Shown one piece after another: positions 26,941-38,992 of a DNA stretch of 64,000 nucleotides; positions within the stretch are counted from its first letter, which is position 1; every line of letters begins with the position of its first letter. The position numbers and the translations under genes are program-made. The stretch is from Alphaproteobacteria bacterium (GTDB lineage Bacteria > Pseudomonadota > Alphaproteobacteria > UBA828), in NCBI GenBank assembly GCA_965214705.1, contig CBDCCI010000002.1, positions 896,001 through 960,000 of the forward strand, read 5' to 3'. The notes beneath the pieces were generated by a model. The model saw only the letters and a program-made list of their open reading frames with translations. It made no database searches and was not told the DNA's origin.

Positions 26941-29609
26941 TCGATTATCCGAACATTTCCGTTCTCGCTGATCATCTGGTGGGGGAGCTTGGCGACGAGA
27001 TCGCGGCCCCAGCCCCCGAGGCGACGACCGAAACGAGCCGGCAGGTGCCGGTGCGGCGCGAGGACGACGGCATTGCCATCGTAGGGATGGCCTGCCGCTT
27101 CCCCGGCGCGCCGGACATCGCCACATTTTGGCGCCAGCTCGAAGCGGGTCACGACGCGGTGACGGACGGGCGCCAAGACGGCGGGACCTGGACCGGGGTT
27201 GCCGGAGACCCGGCAGCCGACGACAGTCCCTGGAGGCAAGGCGGCTTCGTCGACGGGATCGACGGCTTCGATGCGCGCTTCTTCGGCATGACTCCCATCG
27301 GCGCACGCATGATGGACCCGCAGCAGCGGCTGCTCCTGGAAACCACCTGGCAGGCGCTCGAAGATGCGGGGATCGATCCGGACGGCCTGCGGGGCAGCTG
27401 CACCGGGGTCTACGCCGGGGTCTCCACCAGCGAGTACCGCGATCTGATGATGTTGGCTGGCAACGAGAACCTCAGCTATCTCGGTACCGCGAGCAGCACC
27501 GCAGTCGGCGGTGTGGCGTTCAAGCTGGGTCTCACGGGACCGACCAATCCGGTGATGCTCAACTGCGCGGCGTCGCTGGTCACGGTGCAGCAGGCGGTCG
27601 CGGGCCTGCGGCAGGGCGAGGTGGAGATGGCGCTGGTGGGCGGCGTGAGCGCCGTGCTCTCGCCCGGGCTGACCGTCGAGATGGCAGCGCTGGGAATGCT
27701 GTCACAGCGCGGCCGCTGCAGCACCTTCGATGCTGCGGCAGACGGATTCGTGCGGAGCGAGGGCTGCGGCATGGTCGTCCTAAAGCGGCTCGCCGAGGCT
27801 GAGGCCGACGGCGACCGCATCTGGGGGGTCATTCGCGGCGCGGCGGTCAACCAGAACGGAGCGAGCGCGGGGCCGACCGTGCCGAACGGCCCGGCGCAGG
27901 AGCGGGTGATCGAGGAAGCGCTCTCGCAGGCGGGGGTCCTGCCGTCGGACGTTGACTATCTGGAGGCGCACGGGGCGGGTTCGGCGCTAGGCGATCCTAT
28001 CGAGGTGAACGCGGCGGCGGCGGTCTATGGTCGGGAGCGGAGCCCTGACCGTCCGCTGCTCATCGGCTCGGTCAAGACCAACATCGGCCATCTGGAATCG
28101 GCGGCGGGCGTTGCCGGCCTGATCAAGGTCGTGCTGGCGATGCGGCACGGCACAATCCCGAAGAACCTGCACTTCCGGGACCCCAATCCGCACCTGGAGT
28201 GGGACCGGCTGCCGCTGCGCGTGGTGTCGGAGACGACGGACTGGCCGCGAGACCCCGACCGGCCGCCGCGGGCAGGCGTCAGCGCGTTCGGTATTTCGGG
28301 CGTGAACGCGCACGTCGTGCTGGAGGGCTACGGGCCGACGAGTGGCGCATCGGCCGGGAACCAGGGCAATGATTCCCATGCGGGCGCCCCGCAGCGCGTC
28401 GCGGTGACATTGCCGGAGCCGGCCGCGAGTCTGCCGCCGTCCGAGGAAGCCTTCTCCGCGCGCAACACGCGGTTTCTGCCGCTCTCGGCCAAGTCCGACG
28501 AGGCGCTCCAGGCACTGGCGGGGCGCTATCTCACGTGGCTTGACGAGCACGCCAGCGAACTGGCGGCAGATGGCGCTGCATCTGACACCCTGCTCTCGGA
28601 CATGGCCTGGACGGCCGCCGTCGGCCGCAGCCACTTCGGCCATCGGGCGGGCGTGGTGTTCCAGGACGCGGAATCGCTGCGACAAGGTCTCACCGCGCAC
28701 GCGCATGCGGACGCGGTGCCTGGCCCGGGGGCGGCGACGAAGGCGGCATTCGCCTACACCGCCGAGACTGGCGAGTGGGTCAGCATGGGGGGCGCACTCT
28801 ACGCGCGCGAGCCGGTGGTGCGCGCCGTGCTCAACCGCTGCGATGCGGTGCTCGGGGAGGATCGGGGGGCCTCGCTGCTCGATGCGATGTTCGGCGGTCC
28901 CGGCGTCGAGGGGGGCCTGAGCGATCCGGCGTGGGCGCGGCCCGCAACCTACGCTCTCGCGTGCGCGCTCACCGCACTATGGGCGAGCGTCGGCATCCGG
29001 CCAAGCGTGGTGGCCGGACAGGGCGCAGGCGAGATTGCGGCGGCACAGGCCGCCGGCGTGTTCAGTCTGGAGGACGGCTTGCGGCTAGCCGCGGCCGGGA
29101 GCGACACCGAGGCGGCGCTGGACGGCGTCGCATTCGCCACGCCGACGGTCGGCCTTGTGAGCGACCTCACCGGCCACGTGATGGATCCGGATCAAGCTCT
29201 GGATAGGATGTACTGGCACCGCCAGGCGGCGGGCGCTCCAATCGCAATCGACGGCTGCGCCGAGACACTGGCCGCCCTGGGCGTCGACGTCGTCATCGAG
29301 ATCGGACGGGCCTCCGTGCTGGCGCCGCTGTTGGCAGAGGCTTGGCCGAAGACAGAGGAAAACGCAGCGGCGCCAATGCTGTTGTCGAGCCAGCGGCAGT
29401 CGTCGGGCGGCGAAGAGGCGGCGGCAGGACATGCCGACGGTGCCTTCGTGGAGGCGGTCGCCCGGGCCTACGAGGCGGGGCTCGGCGTGTCCTTCGCGGG
29501 GCTCTTCGCGAGCGAGACACGGCGTCGTATCTCGCTGCCGGGCTATCCCTTCCAGCGCCGGCGCTTCTGGCTATCGAAGCCTGGGGGGCACACCACCGTG
29601 TCGGATTGA
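26941..29609 (+). pseudogene. supA: SupA PKS fragment 3 (ACP end, second KS, degenerate AT)
   Basis: FDYPNISVLADHL, then KS (IAIVGMACRFPG, LNCAASL, EAHGAGS, NIGHLE), an AT with GQGAG instead of GHSxG, and a terminal LPGYPFQRRRFW. Confidence 0.92.
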
Positions 29610-29651
29610 GCGCACGAACGTGCACCGGCAGGGGTGCCGCTCACGCGGGCG

Positions 29652-30551
29652 CTACGAGAGGCCGTGCCGCTCCAGGAATTCGCGGGTCACCGCAACGCAC
29701 TCCGCGGGCTTCTCCAGTTGCAGGAAGTGCGTTGCCTCGGGGATGAAATCGTAGTCCATGGCCGAGACAATTCGCTGGTCGAGCGTCGGCAGATACGCAT
29801 GCGGCAGGGTGGGGTCGGCACCGATGATCTTCGTCGGGCAGTCGAGCAGGTCGAGGTCCAGCAGCGGGAAGAAGCTCCGGGCGTAATCCATCATCTGCGC
29901 TTCGTATTCGCGGGGGCAGCGAAGCTCATAGCCCTCACCGCTCGCGGCCTCTCGGAGCGTCGTCCGGGCCATGAGTTCGTGTACGCCGGGAGCGGCCCGC
30001 TTGAAGGTCGGAAAGATTCCCAGAATCTCGATAAAGTCTTCCCGTCTCCTGAAGTGCTGTCCCCGCCGCCGAATCAGGGCCGCCCCGCGCTCGGCAGCGT
30101 CGTGAAGCTCCGTCTGACTCGCGCCGGGCCTGGTCAGGGGCGGATCGAACAGGACCAACGCCGAATAGAGTTTGCTGAACGAGAGCAGCGTCACGACCGT
30201 GGTGAGCGAGTGAAAGATGCCAACGGTCGGCTTGCTTCCATGGGTACGATCGATGGTCTCGAGAATGATGTCGTGATCGCGAATCATGGTCGGAACATTG
30301 TGATCCGTCTGGGCGCCGACGCTGTTCCAGCCGTGGTTCCTGAGGTCGTAGACCATCAGGTCGAAGTCGTCCGCGAGCAGAGACCAGAACGGATAGTAGA
30401 GATCGGCGGCGAGACCGCTGCCGTGGCTCAGGACGATTCTGAGGCCCGACGGATTGCCGTGCCGCCGCACCGTGGTGGTGGTATCGGCGTCAAGGCGGAC
30501 ATCCAGCGTCGAAAGGGGCTGGGGTATCTCCCAAACCGCTTCTGTCGTCAT
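29652..30551 (-). CDS. Alpha/beta hydrolase of the sup cluster
   Basis: SHGSG, YDLRNHG, nucleophile elbow FHSLT, C-terminal THFLQLE. Confidence 0.85.
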   Translation of the reverse strand: MTTEAVWEIPQPLSTLDVRLDADTTTTVRRHGNPSGLRIVLSHGSGLAADLYYPFWSLLADDFDLMVYDLRNHGWNSVGAQTDHNVPTMIRDHDIILETIDRTHGSKPTVGIFHSLTTVVTLLSFSKLYSALVLFDPPLTRPGASQTELHDAAERGAALIRRRGQHFRRREDFIEILGIFPTFKRAAPGVHELMARTTLREAASGEGYELRCPREYEAQMMDYARSFFPLLDLDLLDCPTKIIGADPTLPHAYLPTLDQRIVSAMDYDFIPEATHFLQLEKPAECVAVTREFLERHGLS

Positions 30552-30693
30552 GGCAGAGGGTCGGGTTTCCTCCCGACGCCGGGCTTTGAACGGAGACGCA
30601 ACATGGGCCGAATTTAGCTACGGCCAGTGCCGGAATTGCCGGCGCCCCCGCGTTTGGAGGCGGCCGGCCGTGCTCACTTGGCGCCGGAAAGCA

Positions 30694-30924
30694 TCACCCG
30701 GCGCGGGCATCGATATACGTCACAAGCTCCCGTAACGTATTGAACTGCAAGCAGTCCTCCGCAACCATGTTCAGGCTGAACTCCTGATTGACCGCCTTGT
30801 AAAACGCGACCGCATCCACCGAAGAGACCCCGGCGTCACTGAACGGCCGATCGAAATCTGGATCGTGATCCAGGTCGAAGCTGTCGTTGATGATTGTCCG
30901 CAGGCGGGTTTCCGTTGACGACAT
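30694..30924 (-). CDS. Stand-alone acyl carrier protein of the sup cluster
   Basis: 76-aa acidic protein with FSDAGVSSVDAV (Ppant serine region) and TLRELVTYI. Confidence 0.85.
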   Translation of the reverse strand: MSSTETRLRTIINDSFDLDHDPDFDRPFSDAGVSSVDAVAFYKAVNQEFSLNMVAEDCLQFNTLRELVTYIDARAG

Positions 30925-31245
30925 GCGCATAGTCTCCCTGTCTTTAAAGAGCTGAAAGTGAGACCCCACACGGGGCTCAGAAGTGTACAGGTCCGATTGC
31001 ATCGACACCATCGCCGAAACGGAAGGCGCCGCGCAACAACTGCGCCTTATTAGGCGTCGACTATGCCGATTCGGTCAAGTCTTGTCGCAACTCCCGGCTT
31101 TGGCAAACTACGCTGCAAATCCATGACGGGTTACTTAATGCTAATCCGTCGACACGTCAGCGTGCGAGCGGGAGGCCGATAGAGACCGCCATGCGCGACA
31201 AATAGCGGGCGGAAAATGCCCCGACGCGGATACGCACCCGCTGCG

Positions 31246-31965
31246 CTACGAGCCGCTGCTCTGAGACGGTAGTCTGTAGGCGAGCGCGGCGGCGAAGCGG
31301 GGCTCTCCCAAATCCAGGAGCCGCCATTCGCTCTCCGGCGCGTGCCGGAATCGAAACAAACCCGACCGGTCGCCGCGCAGCATCGCCTCCGGGATTTCGA
31401 ATCGCGACGGGCTTAGAGAAAATCCGGCGCCGATCGCCTTGATCAACGCCTCCTTCATGCTCCACAGGCGATAGAAGAGATGAACCTTGTCATCGCCGGT
31501 GGCGATTGCCAGCGAGCGGCGCTCGGCCGGTCCGTAAACCAGACCGCCGATGCCTTCCAGGTCGCGCTGCGCGACACGCTCCTCCACATCGACGCCGAGG
31601 CAGTCGAGCGCGCCGAGCACGATCAGCCCGTGCCGGCCGCTGTGACTGACGTTGAAGCCGATCCTCGCGCGCCGGCCGTTCAACACGGCGAAGGGCTTGC
31701 TGTGTTCGCCGTAGCCGAAGGAGAGCGCGCGATCTTCGCAGCCCAACCGATCGCAGAGACTGACGCGGAGCGCAGCGCGGCAGAGGGCGTACTCCCGCCG
31801 GGCGCGCTCCGACAGGAAACGGCGCCAGCGCGTCCCTTCGTCATCGTCTAGCAGCGAAAGGGCGCGGGCCTCGCGCTCCGCATCCGGCGTGAGGTCCACG
31901 TGCAGGATCGTCGCGCCTTCGACCTCGCGCCAGAGACTCCACCAGGGGCTGGCCGATTTCGTCAT
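31246..31965 (-). CDS. Sfp-type 4'-phosphopantetheinyl transferase
   Basis: FNVSHSG, LGVDVE and WSMKEALIKAIGAG motifs. Confidence 0.92.
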   Translation of the reverse strand: MTKSASPWWSLWREVEGATILHVDLTPDAEREARALSLLDDDEGTRWRRFLSERARREYALCRAALRVSLCDRLGCEDRALSFGYGEHSKPFAVLNGRRARIGFNVSHSGRHGLIVLGALDCLGVDVEERVAQRDLEGIGGLVYGPAERRSLAIATGDDKVHLFYRLWSMKEALIKAIGAGFSLSPSRFEIPEAMLRGDRSGLFRFRHAPESEWRLLDLGEPRFAAALAYRLPSQSSGS

Positions 31966-32041
31966 CACCAAAGGCGGTGTCTGGTAGCGGCAATCACCTC
32001 CGCCGCCATCGACGGCCGAGGCGTGGCTCGGAAGACTCGTC

Positions 32042-32668
32042 TCAGCCGGCGGGCTCGCCCCCGTAGAGCCACGGCTGGGCGGCCTTCTGCGTCGCCTCGA
32101 AGGCGTCGATCTCGGCGGCCTTGGCCATGGTGATGCCAATGTCGTCGAGCCCGTTCAGCAGCCGGTGCTTGCGGAAGGGCTCGATCTCGAAGCCGACGGT
32201 CTCGCCGTTCGAGCGCGTGACGGTCTGCGCCTCCAGATCGACCGTCATCCGGCAGGTCTGGGAATTGCTGGCGTCGTCCATCAGCAGGTTCGCGTCGTCT
32301 TCCGGCAGCGGGATCAGCAGGATCCCGTTCTTGACGCAGTTGTTGAAGAAGATGTCGGCGAAGCTCGGCGCGATCACGCAACGAATGCCGAAATCCTCCA
32401 GCGCCCAGGGGGCGTGCTCGCGGCTGGAGCCGCAGCCGAAGTTCTGGCCCGCGATCAGGATCTGGGCCCCGCGCCAGGGTTCGCGGTTGAGGACGAAGTC
32501 CGGAAGCTCCTTGTCCTCCATGTCGTAGCGGAAATCGTGGAAGAGGCCTTTGCCGAGTCCGGCGCGGCTGATCGCGGTGAGGTACTGCTTGGGAATCAGC
32601 TGGTCGGTGTCGACGTTGATCATCGGCAGCGCCGCCGCCGGGCCGGAGAGGGTGGTGAATGTCCGCAT
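32042..32668 (-). CDS. leuD: 3-isopropylmalate dehydratase small subunit
   Basis: [33 protein letters not shown]. Confidence 0.97.
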   Translation of the reverse strand: MRTFTTLSGPAAALPMINVDTDQLIPKQYLTAISRAGLGKGLFHDFRYDMEDKELPDFVLNREPWRGAQILIAGQNFGCGSSREHAPWALEDFGIRCVIAPSFADIFFNNCVKNGILLIPLPEDDANLLMDDASNSQTCRMTVDLEAQTVTRSNGETVGFEIEPFRKHRLLNGLDDIGITMAKAAEIDAFEATQKAAQPWLYGGEPAG

Positions 32669-32680
32669 GACGGGCCCTCC

Positions 32681-34099
<1,419 letters not shown>

Positions 34100-34151
34100 C
34101 GGTGTCCTCCCGCGGCGATGGCCGGCGTGCTCAGTCCTCGGACGCGGCGGT

Positions 34152-34547
34152 CTACTCCGCCTTGGCGGTGACCTTCTTCGCGCCGCGGTCGTCGCGCTTC
34201 TCCCGGATGCGCGCCGACTTGCCGCGCCGGCCGCGCAGGTAATAGAGCTTGGCACGGCGCACCGCCCCCCGCTTCACCACCTCGATCTGCGCGATGCGCG
34301 GCGAGTGCAGCGGGAAGACCCGCTCCACCCCCTCGCCGTAGGAAATCTTGCGGACGGTGAAGGAGGAGTTGAGGCTGCGGTTGCGCCGGGCGATGCAGAC
34401 GCCCTCGAACACCTGCACCCGCTCGCGCGAGCCTTCCACCACCTTGACGTGCACGCGGAGGGTGTCGCCGGGGCCAAAGGTCGGAACCTCCCGCTCTTCC
34501 TGGAGCTTCTCCACGGCCTCGGCATTCAACTGCTCGATCATGTTCAC
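34152..34547 (-). CDS. rplS: 50S ribosomal protein L19
   Basis: [27 protein letters not shown]. Confidence 0.98.
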   Translation of the reverse strand: MNMIEQLNAEAVEKLQEEREVPTFGPGDTLRVHVKVVEGSRERVQVFEGVCIARRNRSLNSSFTVRKISYGEGVERVFPLHSPRIAQIEVVKRGAVRRAKLYYLRGRRGKSARIREKRDDRGAKKVTAKAE

Positions 34548-34574
34548 GGCACTATCCTCGCGATCTCAGGCGCG

Positions 34575-35312
34575 TTATCGACGCGCCTGGTGGCGCGCCC
34601 ACAGGTCGGCGCGCCGCGTTCTGGTCACATGTTCCGCCTGGGCACGGCGCCAAGCGTCGATGGCGGCGTGATCGCCGGAAAGAAGCACCTCCGGCACCGC
34701 ACGGCCTTCGAAAAGGCGGGGGCGGGTGTACTGCGGATACTCCAGCAGGTCGTCCTCAAAACTCTCCTCGACCAGCGAGGAGGGTCGGCCGACCACGCCG
34801 GGCAGCAGGCGCACGCAGGCGTCGATCACCGCCATTGCCGCGATCTCCCCGCCCGACAGGACGTAGTCGCCGACGCTGAGCTCGGCAACGCCTCGGCCTT
34901 CCAACACACGCTCGTCGACTCCTTCGAAACGGCCGCAAATCAGCATCACGCCGGGGCCGACCGCCAATTCCTTCACCTGCTCCTGGGTCAGCGGGGCACC
35001 GCGCGGCGAGAGCAGGAAGCGCGGGGCGCCACCCTCTGCCGGCCCAACCGAATCGATGGCCGCTGCCAGGACATCGGGGCGCATGACCATACCCACCCCG
35101 CCGCCGAACGGGTGATCGTCGACGGTGCCGTGTTTATCGCGCGCAAAGCGGCGGATGTCCACCGTTTCCAGCCGCCAGAGGCCGGAATCGAGGCCGCGGC
35201 CGGCGAGCGTCGCGCCGAGCGGCCCGGGAAAGACCTCGGGATAGAGGGTGAGCACGTGGACGCTCCAGGGCCGGGCACCCGATTGCCCGCTTTCGCGCCG
35301 GTCCGCCGTCAC
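34575..35312 (-). CDS. trmD: tRNA (guanine37-N1)-methyltransferase
   Basis: [38 protein letters not shown]. Confidence 0.97.
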   Translation of the reverse strand: MTADRRESGQSGARPWSVHVLTLYPEVFPGPLGATLAGRGLDSGLWRLETVDIRRFARDKHGTVDDHPFGGGVGMVMRPDVLAAAIDSVGPAEGGAPRFLLSPRGAPLTQEQVKELAVGPGVMLICGRFEGVDERVLEGRGVAELSVGDYVLSGGEIAAMAVIDACVRLLPGVVGRPSSLVEESFEDDLLEYPQYTRPRLFEGRAVPEVLLSGDHAAIDAWRRAQAEHVTRTRRADLWARHQARR

Positions 35313-35887
35313 GGCCCTTCCTCCGGGGCGGCAACGACCATGCGGCCGGCCTCGATGTCGATGGCCGGCACGTGCTCCCGCGTGAAGGGGACGAGGGTAG
35401 AGGGCCCGTCGGGCGGCTGAATCTCGACGATGGGTCCGGCGCCGTGGTCGTGAACGGCGCTCACGCGACCCAAGGCGGTGCCATCTTCGCTTTCCGCCCG
35501 GAGGCCGAGGAGATCGACGTGGTAGTACTCCTCGCCCTCGGTCGGCGGCAGCGCCGCCCGCGGGACGTAGAGGTCCGTGCCGCGCAACGCCTCTGCCGCG
35601 TCGCGGTCGTCAATGCCCTCGACGCGGGCGAGCACGAGGCCCTTCACGTGCCCCGTCACCGTGACCGTGAGGCGCCGGGTGCCGGCCTCGTTGCTGAGCG
35701 CGCCGTAAGCGGTGAGGTCGTCCGGATTCGCCGTATGGCTCTTGATGCGCACGATGCCGCGCACACCGTGGGCGCCCACGATGCGCCCGAGACAGACCGT
35801 CTCCGCCCGCCGCGCCGCAGCCTCCCCAGGGGCAGCAGCCGCGGCGGGTGCGGCCTCAGCCCTCGGCCTTCTCTTCGCCCTCGCCAT
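35309..35887 (-). CDS. rimM: Ribosome maturation factor RimM
   Basis: [26 protein letters not shown], and position between rpsP and trmD. Confidence 0.95.
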   Translation of the reverse strand: MARAKRRPRAEAAPAAAAAPGEAAARRAETVCLGRIVGAHGVRGIVRIKSHTANPDDLTAYGALSNEAGTRRLTVTVTGHVKGLVLARVEGIDDRDAAEALRGTDLYVPRAALPPTEGEEYYHVDLLGLRAESEDGTALGRVSAVHDHGAGPIVEIQPPDGPSTLVPFTREHVPAIDIEAGRMVVAAPEEGP

Positions 35888-36440
35888 CGTCTGTACCGGC
35901 CTCCTCGGAGGGAGCCTCTTCGGCGGCGGCGTCCTCGGTAGGCGCGGCTTCCTCAGCAGGTGCCTCTTCGGCAGCGACCTCCTCCGGAGCAGCCTCTTCG
36001 GCGGTTTCTTCGGAGGGAGCCTCTTCGGCAGCAGCTTCCTCAGGAGGGGCCTCCTCGGCGACGGATTCCGGGGGAGTCTCTGCTTTGGCCTCGGCCGCCG
36101 CCTTGGCCTTCTCGGCGCGTGCCGCCTGGCGCTCCAGGGCCTTCGCCCTGGGCTGGCCCTTCTGCGGGTTGTTGCGCTGCGCCGGCATCGGGATGATCTC
36201 GGCGGCGCCGAGGAATCGCGCCACGCGATCCGAGGGCAGAGCGCCGACGCCGAGCCAGTGGCGAATGCGCTCCTCGTTAAGGCGCACGCGCTCGGGATGG
36301 TCCTTGGGCAGCATCGGGTCGTAGGTCCCGAGCCTTTCCAGGAAGCGGCCATCGCGCGGGCTACGGGTGTCGGCCACGACCACGCGGTAGAACGGGCGCT
36401 TCTTGGCGCCGGCGCGGGACAGGCGAATTTTCAGTGACAT
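35856..36440 (-). CDS. rpsP: 30S ribosomal protein S16 with acidic low-complexity C-terminal tail
   Basis: [30 protein letters not shown]. Confidence 0.97.
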   Translation of the reverse strand: MSLKIRLSRAGAKKRPFYRVVVADTRSPRDGRFLERLGTYDPMLPKDHPERVRLNEERIRHWLGVGALPSDRVARFLGAAEIIPMPAQRNNPQKGQPRAKALERQAARAEKAKAAAEAKAETPPESVAEEAPPEEAAAEEAPSEETAEEAAPEEVAAEEAPAEEAAPTEDAAAEEAPSEEAGTDDGEGEEKAEG

Positions 36441-36473
36441 GCTTTCTCCAGTCTTCTTGTGGGCTGCGTGTAA

Positions 36474-37829
36474 TCAGCGGGGCGGCATGATGCCGGGCAT
36501 CCCGGCCCGCATCAGGCCCTTCTCGCCCAGCTTGCCGGCCCGCTTCATCATGACGTTCATCTGCTTCACTTGCTTGAGCAGGCGGTTGATGTCCTGCACG
36601 GTGGTGCCCGAGCCGCCCGCGATGCGCCGCTTGCGCGAGCTGTTGAGCAGCTTGGGGTTGCTCCGCTCGGCCGGTGTCATCGAATCGATGATCGCCTGCT
36701 GGCGGTCGAGCATCTTGATGTCGACATTGGCGTCGGCGAGCTGGCGCTTGACCTTGCCCACCCCCGGCAGCATGCCGAGCAGGCCCTCCATGCCGCCCAT
36801 CTTGCGGACCTGCTGAATTTGCTTGGAGAGGTCGTTGAGGTCGAAGCCGCCCTTCTTGGCCTTGCGGACCAGGCGCTCGGCCTCGTCCTGCTCGATCGTC
36901 TCCTGCGCCCGCTCGACCAGCGAGACCACGTCGCCCATGCCGAGGATGCGCGACGCGATCCGGTCCGGGTGGAAGGGCTCGATGGCGTCGAGCTTCTCGC
37001 CGACGCCGATCAGCTTGATCGGGCAGCCGGTGACCGCGCGCATGCTGAGCGCGGCACCGCCCCGTCCGTCGCCATCGACGCGGGTCAGCGCGATGCCAGT
37101 TAGGCCGATGCGCTCGTGGAAGGCGCTGGCGACGTTGACCGCGTCCTGGCCGGTCAGCGCGTCGGCGACCAGCAGGGTCTCCGCCGGCACCGTCACGTCG
37201 CGGACCGCCGCGCATTCGGCCATCAGCTCCTCGTCCACGTGGAGCCGGCCGGCGGTATCCAGCAGGACCACGTCGTGGCCCTCCTGCGCGGCGGACTTCA
37301 TGGCGCGCCGCGCGATCCCGACCGCGCGCTCGCCGGGGATCACCGGCAGCACATCAACCTCGGCCTGCACAGCGAGCGTCGCGAGCTGCTCCATGGCCGC
37401 AGGCCGGCTGGTGTCGAGCGAGGCCATCAGCACGCGCTTCTTGTGGCTCACGCGCAGGAAGAGGCCGAGCTTGGCCGTCGTGGTGGTCTTGCCCGAGCCC
37501 TGCAGGCCCACCATGAGGACGGCGGCAGGCGGCGTGGCCGCAGCGATACCGATCTCGGCTGTCTCGCCGCCCAGCATCTCGATCAGGTGATCGTTCACGA
37601 TCTTGATCACCTGCTGGCCCGGCGCCACGCTCTTCAGCACGTCGGCGCCGATCGCCTTCTCGCTGACGGCCGTGACGAAGTCCTTGACCACGGGGAGCGC
37701 GACATCGGCTTCGAGCAGGGCGATCCGCACGTCGCGGAGCGCGGCGCTCACGTCCGCCTCGCTCAGCGCGCCGCGCCGCGTCAGCGTCTCGAAGACCCCG
37801 TTGAGCCTGCCGGACAGACTATCGAACAC
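36474..37829 (-). CDS. ffh: Signal recognition particle protein
   Basis: GLQGSGKTTT, DTAGR, DGDGRGGAALS, SRKRRIAGGSG. Probable GTG start (MFDSLS). Confidence 0.97.
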   Translation of the reverse strand: MFDSLSGRLNGVFETLTRRGALSEADVSAALRDVRIALLEADVALPVVKDFVTAVSEKAIGADVLKSVAPGQQVIKIVNDHLIEMLGGETAEIGIAAATPPAAVLMVGLQGSGKTTTTAKLGLFLRVSHKKRVLMASLDTSRPAAMEQLATLAVQAEVDVLPVIPGERAVGIARRAMKSAAQEGHDVVLLDTAGRLHVDEELMAECAAVRDVTVPAETLLVADALTGQDAVNVASAFHERIGLTGIALTRVDGDGRGGAALSMRAVTGCPIKLIGVGEKLDAIEPFHPDRIASRILGMGDVVSLVERAQETIEQDEAERLVRKAKKGGFDLNDLSKQIQQVRKMGGMEGLLGMLPGVGKVKRQLADANVDIKMLDRQQAIIDSMTPAERSNPKLLNSSRKRRIAGGSGTTVQDINRLLKQVKQMNVMMKRAGKLGEKGLMRAGMPGIMPPR

Positions 37830-37963
37830 GCCGTTCTCCCGCCCCAACGGTCGGCGCGCCGGCGCGCGACACTCGCGGACCGACGTCCCTCCTCGAAGGG
37901 TGGCCTGTTACAACCTCTCGAAACGCGCGGACCCTAAGCCCGCGCTCGCACCGGGTCAAGGCG

Positions 37964-38839
37964 CTACGCTGGCCCGGACCAACCGCGAACCTCGACGCTC
38001 TCGTTGTCGGTCGCGCTCGGATTCCATGTCACCGGCGCGCCCAGCGGCGAGTCAGCGGAGTCCGCTCGTCCGCGGGTCACGCGATCAAAGACCTCAAAGT
38101 AGTTCGGATGCTCCGTGCCTGCCAAGCGGTCCCACCAGGTAAAATAGAGGCCGTAATTCGACCCTCTGGAGCTGTGATGAAGGTCGTGATGTGTGTTCGT
38201 GGTCAAGACACCGAGCACCGCATGCGCCGGCACGCCCCGCGGAAACAGCTCGAAGCCGCTGTGACCGATGACGTTGCGGACGATCATGTGAAGCATGAAC
38301 AGATAAATGACCGCGACGTGCAGCGGCAGAACGAATATCAGGATTGTCAGGAACATCGCCTGAATCACGGCTTCCAGAGGCGCAAAGGCGTAGGCCGCCC
38401 AGGGCGACGGGCTGTGCGATTCGTGATGCAGCCGGTGGAACCGCTCGAACAGGAGCGGATGGTGCATCAGGCGGTGTGTCCAATAGAAATAGGCATCGTG
38501 GAGCACGACGGTTACCGCCAGACTGAAGAGGCCGTAGAGCCAGCCGTAATCCGCGAAGTCCGTGTAAATCAGCGTCCAGCCGTTCGCCATCGAGACGTAG
38601 ATGAAGACGCCGTTGAGCGCGAAGATGAACGCCGTGAAAAGCGAATAGAGCACCTCGCGCCGGATCGCGTGGGACGGGGCGAAGCCGGGCTGGATCTTGC
38701 GCCTGCGGAAGGGATTGCCCTTCCAGACCCAGAGAGCGAGAAACGCGACGCTCGCCGGAACGACGATGAGCAGAACGTGCACACCGAGAATCGTGGGCCA
38801 CACCGGCCAGGCCGCGATCAGATCGTCGAAAGCGGCCAT
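37964..38839 (-). CDS. Sterol desaturase / fatty acid hydroxylase family protein
   Basis: His boxes YWTHRLMH, HRLHH, GHSG, HHDLHH, and NYGLYFTWWDRL. Confidence 0.9.
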   Translation of the reverse strand: MAAFDDLIAAWPVWPTILGVHVLLIVVPASVAFLALWVWKGNPFRRRKIQPGFAPSHAIRREVLYSLFTAFIFALNGVFIYVSMANGWTLIYTDFADYGWLYGLFSLAVTVVLHDAYFYWTHRLMHHPLLFERFHRLHHESHSPSPWAAYAFAPLEAVIQAMFLTILIFVLPLHVAVIYLFMLHMIVRNVIGHSGFELFPRGVPAHAVLGVLTTNTHHDLHHSSRGSNYGLYFTWWDRLAGTEHPNYFEVFDRVTRGRADSADSPLGAPVTWNPSATDNESVEVRGWSGPA

Positions 38840-38992
38840 GGCTGTCCTGCTTCTTGGGGTCTGGGAACCGCATCGTGGGCGGTGCGGGCGGCGGACGTGC
38901 CTTCCCCGGTGATGAGGTTGGCCAGCGGAACCTTAGCCTACGAGGCGACGGTTAGCCATGCGCCGACGACGAGGGCGACGCACCAGACTGCT

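Noticed and set aside
35860-36110. Short tandem repeats (GCCTCTTCGGC-like) suggesting a CRISPR or VNTR
   Set aside because: They encode the acidic EEAA tail of S16, a common low-complexity extension. There are no unique spacers and no cas genes.
37964-38839. Sterol desaturase as part of the sup pathway
   Set aside because: It is separated from the cluster by seven housekeeping genes, and nothing in the sequence links them.
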